A DNA stretch of 64,000 nt from Cellvibrio sp. (lineage in GTDB: Bacteria > Pseudomonadota > Gammaproteobacteria > Pseudomonadales > Cellvibrionaceae): contig DATJLF010000005.1 in the NCBI GenBank assembly GCA_035490715.1, positions 2,208 through 66,207 of the forward strand. Direction: 5' to 3'. Position 1 is the stretch's first letter, and each line of letters begins with the position of its first letter. Position numbers and translations under genes: made by a program. The notes under the pieces were generated by a model that saw only the letters and a list, made by a program, of their open reading frames with translations, ran no database searches and was not told the origin of the DNA. This document shows positions 39,040-48,411 of the stretch, piece after piece.

Positions 39040-39328
39040 AAGCTTCTACTCGTGCCTTAAGTTTTTGTCCTGGGCGGAAAGTAACCACGCGACGGGCGCT
39101 AATTGGAATCTCTTCGCCTGTTTTAGGGTTACGACCAGGACGCTGGCTTTTATCTCGTAACTCAAAGTTACCAAAGCCAGACAATTTGACCTGTTCATTA
39201 TTTTCCAAAGCATGGCGAATCTCTTCAAAGAAGAGTTCCACCAACTCTTTCGCTTCACGCTTATTGAGGCCAAGATCTTCATAAAGTTTCTCAGCCAAGT
39301 CTGCTTTGGTCAGAGCACCGTCCGACAT
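39020..39328 (-). CDS. ihfA: Integration host factor alpha
   Basis: [17 protein letters not shown] and [14 protein letters not shown] motifs. Confidence 0.97.
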   Translation of the reverse strand: MSDGALTKADLAEKLYEDLGLNKREAKELVELFFEEIRHALENNEQVKLSGFGNFELRDKSQRPGRNPKTGEEIPISARRVVTFRPGQKLKARVEAYVGTES

Positions 39329-39340
39329 AGTTATTATTCC

Positions 39341-41710
39341 CTATCTGAGGGTGGCAGAAAAATGCGCCCCCAGATACTGAACAATCAAGTCTATGGAGGC
39401 GTTGATCTCATCTTCATTAAGAGTGCGTGAAGGATGCTGAAAGGTCAACCCCATTGCAACACTTTTTCTATGTGGATCAATACCTTTGCCCATATACACG
39501 TCAAAGATCTTTAAGTCTGTGAGATGCTCCCCAGCCTGACTTTTAACCGCCGACAAGAGCTTGTCAGCAGACATATTTCGGTCTATCAGCACTGCCAGAT
39601 CGCGCCGAACCTCAGGATATTTTGACAATGACTTAAATGCTGGTATGCGCGCGTTCAGTAAAGCCGACAAACGAACTTCAAATACATATACACCTTGGGG
39701 GATATCCAGCTGTTGCAACAAACCCGGGTGCAGCGCTCCCACTACTCCTTGCCATTCGCCATTGCAATACACACCTGCCGTTTGACCCGGATGCAGCGCA
39801 GGATTTGATTCTGAAACGAAGGAAAATGCACTTTCATTACCTGAAAGCGCCAATAAAGACTCCAAATCGCCTTTTAAATCAAAAAAGTCCACAATTTCGG
39901 AAACATTCGCCCATAACTCTGGCCCACGGCTCCCGTAAATCAAACCGGCAAGCATTGGCTCTTGCTTAAGACCATCGGCGGAAGGCACAAAACGCAATCC
40001 CGATTCAAATAAACGCACACGGTTCTGCTGACGATTAAGGTTGTTGCGTAGAACACTGACCAAGCCAGGTATCAGGCTGGTACGCATCGCAGCCATATCG
40101 GCGCTAATTGGATTGCGTAGAATTACCGGCTTAACCTGAGGATCGAACAAAGCAGAAAGCTTTGGCTCGATAAAGCTGTATGTAATCGCCTCCTGATATC
40201 CACGAGCAATCAATTGCTTGCGAAGCGCAGGCAAACCCATTTTCGCTTCGGGGTGTGGCTCAATATCCAACGGGGCCGCCAAGCTACGTGTTGGCAAACG
40301 GTTATAGCCGTAAACGCGAGCTAGCTCTTCTAATAAATCGGCCTCAATAGAAATATCGAAACGATAACTTGGAACAGCGAAAGTCCAACCGGCAACTGAT
40401 TGGGATACCAGCTTCAGGCCAAGGCGGGAAAGAATATCCACCACCTCATCATCAGCCATCTCCAAACTCAAACCACTCACAATGCGTGCTTTACGCAATG
40501 TAACTTCGCGCTCTTGCGGCAAATGTTCATTAGTTGCATGAACTAATGGACCGGCTTCACCACCAACAATATCGAGTAGTAATTGCGTTGCACGCTCAAT
40601 GGCATCCACTTGCAGGTTGTAATCAACACCACGCTCAAAGCGATGCGACGAATCGGTATGCAAACCGTAGGAACGAGCACGACCGGCAATCGCTAACGGA
40701 TTGAAAAATGCGCTTTCGAGGAAAATATCACGTGTGCTTTCAGAAACAGCACTGGCTTTGCCACCCATTACACCGGCAATGGCCAACGCTGCTTTTTCAT
40801 CGGCGATAACCATAGTGTCAACATTCAGATTTATTTCCTGACCATCAAGCAAAACTAATTGTTCGCCCTGGCGCGCCAGGCGAACATGAATTGCATCATG
40901 CAGGGCAGACAGATCAAATGCATGCATCGGCTGCCCCAACTCGATCAGAACGTAATTGGTAACATCAACCACCGCATCAATACTGCGCAGGCCGGAACGA
41001 ACCAATTTATCCTGCAACCATGCAGGGCTCGGGCGAGTGATATCGATATTACGAATGACGCGGCCCACATAACGACTGCATGCATAGCCAGCTTCCAGAT
41101 GAACCGGGAAAGTATCCGCAATTGATGCAGGCACGGCAGAAATTTTAGGTGCGCTTACAGGAGCGCGATTCAATACACCCACTTCGCGTGCAATACCTTT
41201 CACACTCAAACAATCACTACGATTAGGCGTTAAATCCACTTCGATCAATTTATCATTCAAGTTGAGATAATCGCGTAGATTCGCACCCACTGGTGCATTT
41301 GCAGGTAATTCCCACACGCCGGAATCATCATCACCTGCTTTTAATTCAGTTTGGCCGCACAACATACCGAAGGATTCAACACCGCGCAGTTTTGCTTTCT
41401 TGATATCAAACTCGGGCAACTTTGCACCGATGGTCGCAAATGGAATTTTAATTCCGACACGCGCATTGGGCGCACCACAAACCACTTGTGATAAGCCTTC
41501 GAGGCCAGCGACTTGGCACACACGCAACTTGTCAGCATCTGGATGCTGCTCACAGCCAACAATCTCACCAACAATTACACCGCTAAAATCGCCAGCGACA
41601 GACTCAACAGCATCAACTTCCAAGCCGGCCATCGTTAATTGGGCAACCAATTCGTCGGTACCAACTGCCGGATTTACCCACTCACGCAACCAGGATTCAC
41701 TGATTTTCAT
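39341..41710 (-). CDS. pheT: Phenylalanyl-tRNA synthetase beta subunit
   Basis: MKISESWLREWVN, HPDADKL, TPNRSDCLS, RFERGVD and RRDLAV motifs. Confidence 0.98.
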   Translation of the reverse strand: MKISESWLREWVNPAVGTDELVAQLTMAGLEVDAVESVAGDFSGVIVGEIVGCEQHPDADKLRVCQVAGLEGLSQVVCGAPNARVGIKIPFATIGAKLPEFDIKKAKLRGVESFGMLCGQTELKAGDDDSGVWELPANAPVGANLRDYLNLNDKLIEVDLTPNRSDCLSVKGIAREVGVLNRAPVSAPKISAVPASIADTFPVHLEAGYACSRYVGRVIRNIDITRPSPAWLQDKLVRSGLRSIDAVVDVTNYVLIELGQPMHAFDLSALHDAIHVRLARQGEQLVLLDGQEINLNVDTMVIADEKAALAIAGVMGGKASAVSESTRDIFLESAFFNPLAIAGRARSYGLHTDSSHRFERGVDYNLQVDAIERATQLLLDIVGGEAGPLVHATNEHLPQEREVTLRKARIVSGLSLEMADDEVVDILSRLGLKLVSQSVAGWTFAVPSYRFDISIEADLLEELARVYGYNRLPTRSLAAPLDIEPHPEAKMGLPALRKQLIARGYQEAITYSFIEPKLSALFDPQVKPVILRNPISADMAAMRTSLIPGLVSVLRNNLNRQQNRVRLFESGLRFVPSADGLKQEPMLAGLIYGSRGPELWANVSEIVDFFDLKGDLESLLALSGNESAFSFVSESNPALHPGQTAGVYCNGEWQGVVGALHPGLLQQLDIPQGVYVFEVRLSALLNARIPAFKSLSKYPEVRRDLAVLIDRNMSADKLLSAVKSQAGEHLTDLKIFDVYMGKGIDPHRKSVAMGLTFQHPSRTLNEDEINASIDLIVQYLGAHFSATLR

Positions 41711-41722
41711 ATTCTTGTCTCT

Positions 41723-41808
41723 GTAGCCCGTATGGAGTGCAACGCAATACGGGACTTGATCCGCTTTAAACTTTTATCCCCATTTCGCTTCGCTACATGT
41801 GGGGCTAC
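41723..41808. repeat. REPIN/BIME-like pair of inverted GTAG-family REP elements
   Basis: GTAG-CCCGTAT...ATACGGG on plus (41723-41753) and GTAG-CCCCA...TGGGG on minus (41778-41808), separated by a short AT-rich spacer. Confidence 0.7.
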
Positions 41809-41822
41809 GCTCAAATCTGAAT

Positions 41823-42860
<1,038 letters not shown>

Positions 42861-42891
42861 TTAATCAGTAAATTCCCCGATAGTTATAACT

Positions 42892-43272
42892 CTATTTTAG
42901 GATAGTGACTGACACCAAACTGCATCGACCACCAAATGCCGTTAAAGCTGGGTCGTTAGTAATACCTAATCGGATTTGTTTCTGAGCAATTTGAGCCGCC
43001 ATTAACGCACTCAGCATTTCTTTAAAATTAGGTACGTTAGCTCGAGTAGCCATGTAGACCGCATCGCAACCAAAAATAGTTGCATTATCGAAACCAGCGC
43101 CGAATAGTTTTATTTCCATATTCCCAGCCTGATGTCCAAATGCACTTGAACCAACTACAGTAACCGCCTCTAGTAAGAAAGGACCAAATTCAGCGGTTTT
43201 AATTTGCGCATTTACCGTTGCCGTTCCAGCGATTGAAAAAATGCCGACTAACAATAAGAAAATCTTTTTCAC
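42892..43272 (-). CDS. Small secreted hypothetical protein (two Cys)
   Basis: GTG start, then KKIFLLLVGIFSIAGTATVNA signal peptide; mature region has a likely disulfide pair. No family recognised with certainty. Confidence 0.7.
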   Translation of the reverse strand: MKKIFLLLVGIFSIAGTATVNAQIKTAEFGPFLLEAVTVVGSSAFGHQAGNMEIKLFGAGFDNATIFGCDAVYMATRANVPNFKEMLSALMAAQIAQKQIRLGITNDPALTAFGGRCSLVSVTILK

Positions 43273-43309
43273 ACTTTTCTTTCCATTTAATAGCAAAGGG
43301 GACGAACAT

Positions 43310-43339
43310 AAAAAAAGGGAGGAACCAAAGCTCCTCCCC
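43310..43339 (-). terminator. Intrinsic terminator downstream of rplT
   Basis: GGGGAGGAGC-tttg-GTTCCTCCC-TTTTTTT on minus, preceded by hairpin AAAACCC-GCAA-GGGTTTT (43356-43373). Confidence 0.75.
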
Positions 43340-43387
43340 TTTCATCGCGTTCACAAAAACCCTTGCGGGTTTTCAGTTGTTGGACGA

Positions 43388-43747
43388 TTAAGCAGCCAGA
43401 GCTGATTTAGCCTTCGCAACAACAGCAGCAAAAGCTGCTTTGTCATATACAGCCAAATCGGCCAGTACACGACGATCGAGAACGATGCTCGCCTTTTTCA
43501 AGCCAGCAATCAACTGGCTGTAGGTCAAACCTTCAGCGCGCGATTGGGCATTGATACGAGTAATCCACAGAGCACGGAAATTACGCTTTTTAACACGACG
43601 ATCACGGTAAGCATATTGACCGGCTTTGATAACCGCTTGCTTGGCCACACGGAATGTACGCGAACGTGCACCGTAGTAACCTTTAGCAGCTTTTAAAACT
43701 TTCTTGTGACGACGACGCGCCTCTACACCACGCTTAACACGGGCCAT
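43388..43747 (-). CDS. rplT: 50S ribosomal protein L20
   Basis: MARVKRGV and [22 protein letters not shown] motifs. Confidence 0.98.
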   Translation of the reverse strand: MARVKRGVEARRRHKKVLKAAKGYYGARSRTFRVAKQAVIKAGQYAYRDRRVKKRNFRALWITRINAQSRAEGLTYSQLIAGLKKASIVLDRRVLADLAVYDKAAFAAVVAKAKSALAA

Positions 43748-43782
43748 AATTCAATCCTCTACAAAATTCTCAAAAAGCGCTA

Positions 43783-43980
43783 TTAGATAGCACGGAACAA
43801 ACGTTTTACGCGTGGTACGTCGGCTGCATCAACAATGCTGGTGCCGCGCAGTTGGCGCTTACGCTTGGTCGTCATTTTGGTCAGGATGTGGCTCTTGTTA
43901 GCGTGCTTGAACTTGAAGCCCGCGCCAGTCTTTTTGAAGCGCTTTGACGCGCCACTGTGTACTTTAGCTTTGGTTGCCAT
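43783..43980 (-). CDS. rpmI: 50S ribosomal protein L35
   Basis: [11 protein letters not shown] and HILTK motifs. ATG at 43980. Confidence 0.96.
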   Translation of the reverse strand: MATKAKVHSGASKRFKKTGAGFKFKHANKSHILTKMTTKRKRQLRGTSIVDAADVPRVKRLFRAI

Positions 43981-44041
43981 GTGATAAAACTCCACACATC
44001 TAAGTAAATAATATAAATAATCAAGGCAGCTAAAAGCCCGA

Positions 44042-44590
44042 CTATTTTCTCTTTTTGGGAGCGAGCACCATGGTGAGCTGCTTACCTTCCATTTTGGCAG
44101 CCTGCTCTACGGCGCCCATCTCAGCCAGGTCTTTCTCGATGCGTTGCATCATTTCCATCCCCAACTCTTGATGGGCTAGCTCGCGGCCGCGGAATTTTAA
44201 CGTTACCTTGGCCTTGTCCCCATGCTCCAGGAAGCGGACCAAGGCTTTCAATTTCACCTGATAGTCTGCTTCCTCCGTCCCTGGGCGAAATTTCATTTCT
44301 TTGATTAACTGCTGCTTTTGTTTCTTTTTAGCAGCAGCCTTGGTTTTCTTGATCTCAAACAGATGTTTGCCGTAATCCATAATCTTACAGACTATGGGAT
44401 CGCTATCAGCAACGATCTCCACCAAATCCAGTGTTGCCGCCTGGGCTTGAGCCAGTGCTTCACTCAGGGGAACAATACCTACCTGTTCACCTTCGGCATT
44501 GATTAAACGAACCTGTTTGGCTTCGATCTGATCGTTGATCCGCGCTTTTTTAGAATTGCCTTTGGCCGCGGGAGCGTTATCTCGTTTGAT
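44042..44590 (-). CDS. infC: Translation initiation factor IF-3 with non-canonical ATC start
   Basis: Frame extends upstream of the track ORF through IKRDNAP...[15 protein letters not shown]; GGAG SD 8 nt before ATC at 44590; KEMKFRP and [10 protein letters not shown] motifs. Confidence 0.92.
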   Translation of the reverse strand: MKRDNAPAAKGNSKKARINDQIEAKQVRLINAEGEQVGIVPLSEALAQAQAATLDLVEIVADSDPIVCKIMDYGKHLFEIKKTKAAAKKKQKQQLIKEMKFRPGTEEADYQVKLKALVRFLEHGDKAKVTLKFRGRELAHQELGMEMMQRIEKDLAEMGAVEQAAKMEGKQLTMVLAPKKRK

Positions 44591-44664
44591 AGTTGTATCT
44601 CCAAATAATTAATAGGAACGAATCTTTTTCACTTTTCGCATCGATCAGGTCCCAAAACCCGATT

Positions 44665-46608
44665 TTAAGCAGAAATATTTCTGCCTCGACGCGCTATATC
44701 GGCGGTCAAGTGCTCGATGAAAGCTTCCAGAGTCATTACACCCAAATCTTGTCCGTCCCTTGTGCGAACTGCAAGTGATTGATTTTCAACCTCTTTATCG
44801 CCAACGACGAGCAGGTAGGGTACCCGCTGAATTGTGTGCTCGCGGATTTTAAAGCCGATCTTCTCGTTTCTCAAGTCCGGAATTACACGGACGCCCTTAT
44901 CGCGGAGGGTTTTTTCCACCAGTTTGACGTAATCCGCCTGGTTATCGGTGATATTCATCACCGCAACCTGGGCCGGCGCAAGCCAAACCGGGAACGAACC
45001 TTCATAGTGTTCAATCAGGATTCCGAGGAAACGTTCGAACGAACCGAGGATTGCACGATGGAGCATTACGGGGCGCTTGCGTGCATTGTCTTCAGCCACA
45101 TATTCCGCATCCAGACGCTCAGGCAATACATAATCCAACTGTATAGTACCGCACTGCCAGGAGCGGCCGAGCGCGTCCTTGATCTGGTATTCAATTTTCG
45201 GGCCATAGAAAGCACCTTCACCGGGAAGTTCTTCCCACTCCAGTCCTGCCGCACGCAACGCTGCACGCAAGCCCTCTTCCGCCTTGTTCCAGGTTTCCAG
45301 CGTACCGGCATATTTTTCAGGGCGCAGGGAAAGTTTTACAGCGATGTCAGTAAAACCGAAATCGTCATATACGGATTTGAGCATCTGGTTAAACGAAGAA
45401 ACCTCTTCCACCACCATGTCATCAGTACAGAAAATATGGGCATCGTCCTGCACAAAACCGCGCACACGCATAATGCCGTGCAATGCACCAGAGGCTTCGT
45501 TGCGATGGCAGGAACCAAATTCCGCCAAACGCAGCGGTAAGTCTTTGTGCGAACGCAGGCCATGATTGAAAATCTGGATATGGCCCGGGCAGTTCATCGG
45601 CTTAACCGCGAAGTCGCGCTTTTCCGACTCAGTGGTGAACATGTTATCGCGATAATTTTCCCAGTGGCCGGATTTCTCCCACAGGGTGCGATCCATAATC
45701 AGCGGTGTTTTAACCTCCTGATAGCCCCACTCATTTTGCTTGGTACGCATGTACTGTTCGATTTGTTGCCACAGCGTCCAACCTTTGGGATGCCAGAACA
45801 CCATGCCCGGCGCTTCATCTTGCAGATGGAACAAATCGAATTTCTTCGCCAGTTTACGGTGATCGCGCTTTGCCGCTTCTTCCAACAAATTCAAATAGGC
45901 TTTTAATTGTTTGGCATCGGCGAACGCAGTGCCGTAGATGCGCTGCAACATTTTGTTGTTGGAGTCGCCGCGCCAGTAAGCGCCGGAGGTGCGCATCAAT
46001 TTAAAGTTCAGACAGAAACGCATGTTAGGCACGTGCGGACCACGGCACATGTCGACATATTCTTCATGGTGATACAGACCCGGCGTTGCATCTTTAGGCA
46101 CGTCGCGGTCCAGAATTTCCAACTTGTAAGTCTCGCCGCGCGCGGTGAAAACGTCATAGGCTTCTTGCCAGCTGACTTTCTTTTTCACTACGTCGTATTC
46201 GGTTTTGGCCAATTCCAACATGCGTGCTTCCAGACGGGCGATGTCCTCGTCAGTCAGCTTTTGCTCCAGGTCGATGTCGTAATAGAAACCGTTGTCGATG
46301 GTTGGGCCGATAGCCATTTTTACATCGGGAAACAGTTGTTTGATCGCATGACCGAGCAAGTGCGCACAGGAGTGGCGAATAATTTCCAAACCGTCTTCGT
46401 CTTTTGGAGTGAAAATCACCAGATCCGCATCTTCGGTAATCAGGTCGTGTGCATCGACACGTTGGCCCGTTTTATCGCCATTTAAAAAGACGCGACCGCC
46501 GAGGGTGGCTTTAGCCAAACCGGCGCCGATAGAGGCAGCAACTTCATAGACAGATACGGGATTTTCGAACGGACGTTTGGATCCGTCAGGGAGAGTAATT
46601 ACAGGCAT
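44665..46608 (-). CDS. thrS: Threonyl-tRNA synthetase
   Basis: [38 protein letters not shown] and LHRAILGS motifs. Confidence 0.98.
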   Translation of the reverse strand: MPVITLPDGSKRPFENPVSVYEVAASIGAGLAKATLGGRVFLNGDKTGQRVDAHDLITEDADLVIFTPKDEDGLEIIRHSCAHLLGHAIKQLFPDVKMAIGPTIDNGFYYDIDLEQKLTDEDIARLEARMLELAKTEYDVVKKKVSWQEAYDVFTARGETYKLEILDRDVPKDATPGLYHHEEYVDMCRGPHVPNMRFCLNFKLMRTSGAYWRGDSNNKMLQRIYGTAFADAKQLKAYLNLLEEAAKRDHRKLAKKFDLFHLQDEAPGMVFWHPKGWTLWQQIEQYMRTKQNEWGYQEVKTPLIMDRTLWEKSGHWENYRDNMFTTESEKRDFAVKPMNCPGHIQIFNHGLRSHKDLPLRLAEFGSCHRNEASGALHGIMRVRGFVQDDAHIFCTDDMVVEEVSSFNQMLKSVYDDFGFTDIAVKLSLRPEKYAGTLETWNKAEEGLRAALRAAGLEWEELPGEGAFYGPKIEYQIKDALGRSWQCGTIQLDYVLPERLDAEYVAEDNARKRPVMLHRAILGSFERFLGILIEHYEGSFPVWLAPAQVAVMNITDNQADYVKLVEKTLRDKGVRVIPDLRNEKIGFKIREHTIQRVPYLLVVGDKEVENQSLAVRTRDGQDLGVMTLEAFIEHLTADIARRGRNISA

Positions 46609-46627
46609 GATAAACCCTTCGTCAGTG

Positions 46628-46700
46628 GTGACCCCTACGAAAGGTCACATGATTAATAAAACAAGAAAAAATTCAAATATCCGCACCTACGATTGTGCGG
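46628..46700 (-). promoter_or_regulatory. thrS translational operator: two tRNA-Thr anticodon-mimic hairpins
   Basis: Minus strand CCGCAC-aatCGTag-GTGCGG (46681-46700) and GTGACC-tttCGTagg-GGTCAC (46628-46648), both with CGU in the loop, as in E. coli operator domains 4 and 2. Confidence 0.8.
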
Positions 46701-46758
46701 GCTGGGGAGTATAGGGGAGCAGACAGAATTGAAGCAACAAAAGCCAGCCACTGCTGCT

Positions 46759-47160
46759 TCAAAAGGTAGCAATTACCCGATTACGAGTGTGCCATTTGAG
46801 GGCTAACACCAAAAGCGTAAAGATCAAACAGGCCGCTACACTGGTAATAACTTCGTAGCGCTGAGGTGAAATAATTATTGTAAATCCCTGCCCTTTTATA
46901 AGCGATGAAAAACTCGACACTGCAAAAGGCATCCAGAACAACCGGAATGTTTGCCAGGGATTCTCTAGCGGTGACTGGCCATTGCTGACACTTAACATCA
47001 GTGCAATTCCAATAACCACACTGATGCCCAGCGCATTGATCCATATTGTGAGCGCAGGATCAAAATGGAAATACACGGTGACCAGATACCAAATCAGGTA
47101 ATACCAGAGGATCATTTTTCCCACTTTGATATGAGAAAAATAAACGATAATTGCAGCCAT
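46759..47160 (-). CDS. Small uncharacterised membrane protein
   Basis: Four hydrophobic segments, W/Y-rich (ILWYYLIWYL, WQTFRLFWMPFAVSSFS). Confidence 0.65.
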   Translation of the reverse strand: MAAIIVYFSHIKVGKMILWYYLIWYLVTVYFHFDPALTIWINALGISVVIGIALMLSVSNGQSPLENPWQTFRLFWMPFAVSSFSSLIKGQGFTIIISPQRYEVITSVAACLIFTLLVLALKWHTRNRVIATF

Positions 47161-47277
47161 TTACCCTCAACTCCTACCACAAAAAATATTATGTTTCGTA
47201 GGAGCAGCATAAAAAATGCCACTTAGGATACAGCTTCACCCAACCAAGGTTTTTCCAAAATACAGGTATTACTCAAT

Positions 47278-48285
47278 CTAAATTTGCCATGCCAGCGTAA
47301 TTGCACCAAAGTTTTTACGGGCCGTCCTGCTCTGGCTGGGATCAGTATCAGATTGAAAAGAAAAACACACACTCACACGTTCCCACGCATAACTTATCCC
47401 ACCCATTAATGAATATTGATAGTGCTCCAATCCTTCCGAAGCGGTTTCTTCAAATGGATTACCATCCACCAGAATCTGGTTATGTACATAATTTGCTGTA
47501 CCGCCAAGATAGATATACCAACCATCGGACACCGCCACTGGTGAGCTTATACGGCTGGATAAAAATCCCATGGTGGAATAATTGCGCGCGAGGCCACTTC
47601 CGGCCCGCAAAAATAACCCGGCCCCAGCGCGCGATTCCAGATTACCACCAGCCAGATCTGCCAATAACACCGCATCAAACGGGCTCGAATCGCTAGTGGA
47701 AAAACGCCACACCGCCGTCCGTTGCAGCTGCCAAACAAATTTATCCTCCAACTGATATTCCCATCCCCTTGGCTTTTTCGATCCAACCAATTTATGAACA
47801 AACGTCTGGACTTCTTCTGCACGTGAAGAAGGTCCAACTATGCCAACCAAAGTCGCTACATGATCTGAAAAATCGTTTTTAACCACAACGTACGTTGATC
47901 GTAAATACAATAAACCTGCATAAGGCGCATCTGAAGGATCAGGAATTTCTTTCGTAATATCTTCAGGAGTGACCATCGCCTGCCCTAACGAATGAAGCTT
48001 GTACGCATAGGTAGGATCATCATCAACCATCCACGCCAGCGGCAGTGTGAGCAATGGTGATTTGGTGACTTCCTCACCGGGATCGTTACGCTGCCCGAGT
48101 GAAAAATAGATGCCGTTGGTATAACCACCGCCATCTTTTCCATCAACCAAATCATTTTCCCAACTTGTCGAAAACCAGTTACGTTCAGCAAATGCCACTT
48201 CACTCAGCATCATTGCAGAGCCGATTAACAAGCAACGAGACACCGAAGAAAACCGCACAAACAACGCCACAGCTTTAGTGTTCAT
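47278..48285 (-). CDS. LpxR-family (DUF2219) outer-membrane beta-barrel
   Basis: END...D..YTNG and PYAGLLY motifs, signal peptide, C-terminal aromatic strand. Confidence 0.8.
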   Translation of the reverse strand: MNTKAVALFVRFSSVSRCLLIGSAMMLSEVAFAERNWFSTSWENDLVDGKDGGGYTNGIYFSLGQRNDPGEEVTKSPLLTLPLAWMVDDDPTYAYKLHSLGQAMVTPEDITKEIPDPSDAPYAGLLYLRSTYVVVKNDFSDHVATLVGIVGPSSRAEEVQTFVHKLVGSKKPRGWEYQLEDKFVWQLQRTAVWRFSTSDSSPFDAVLLADLAGGNLESRAGAGLFLRAGSGLARNYSTMGFLSSRISSPVAVSDGWYIYLGGTANYVHNQILVDGNPFEETASEGLEHYQYSLMGGISYAWERVSVCFSFQSDTDPSQSRTARKNFGAITLAWQI

Positions 48286-48314
48286 AACATCTTCCCTATA
48301 ACAGTCGATAAGTT

Positions 48315-48342
48315 ATGGACAAAGATTTACTGGCACAAGTTC
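48315..48342 (-). promoter_or_regulatory. Possible sigmaE/AlgU promoter of the LpxR-family gene
   Basis: GAACTT-N17-TCCAT on the minus strand, about 30 nt upstream of ATG. Confidence 0.4.
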
Positions 48343-48364
48343 TATCGCACAGGAAATGGATAAT

Positions 48365-48388
48365 AAAAAAGCCCTCACATGGAGGGCT
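48365..48388 (-). terminator. Intrinsic terminator ending the iron-associated cluster
   Basis: AGCCCTC-catgt-GAGGGCT-TTTTT on minus. Confidence 0.75.
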
Positions 48389-48411
48389 GTTCACATTGAA
48401 ATTTTTACAAA

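Noticed and set aside
44779-46485. Long plus-strand ORFs (253, 119 and 192 aa) opposite thrS
   Set aside because: Antisense shadows of a highly codon-biased gene; no recognisable motifs.
47170-47215. CTCCTAC...GTAGGAG inverted pair as REP elements
   Set aside because: Only a 7-bp match; no internal palindromes follow GTAG, and one arm overlaps the RBS region of the membrane protein gene.
48331-48348. Sigma54 promoter (TGGCAC)
   Set aside because: No TTGC at the required -12 spacing.
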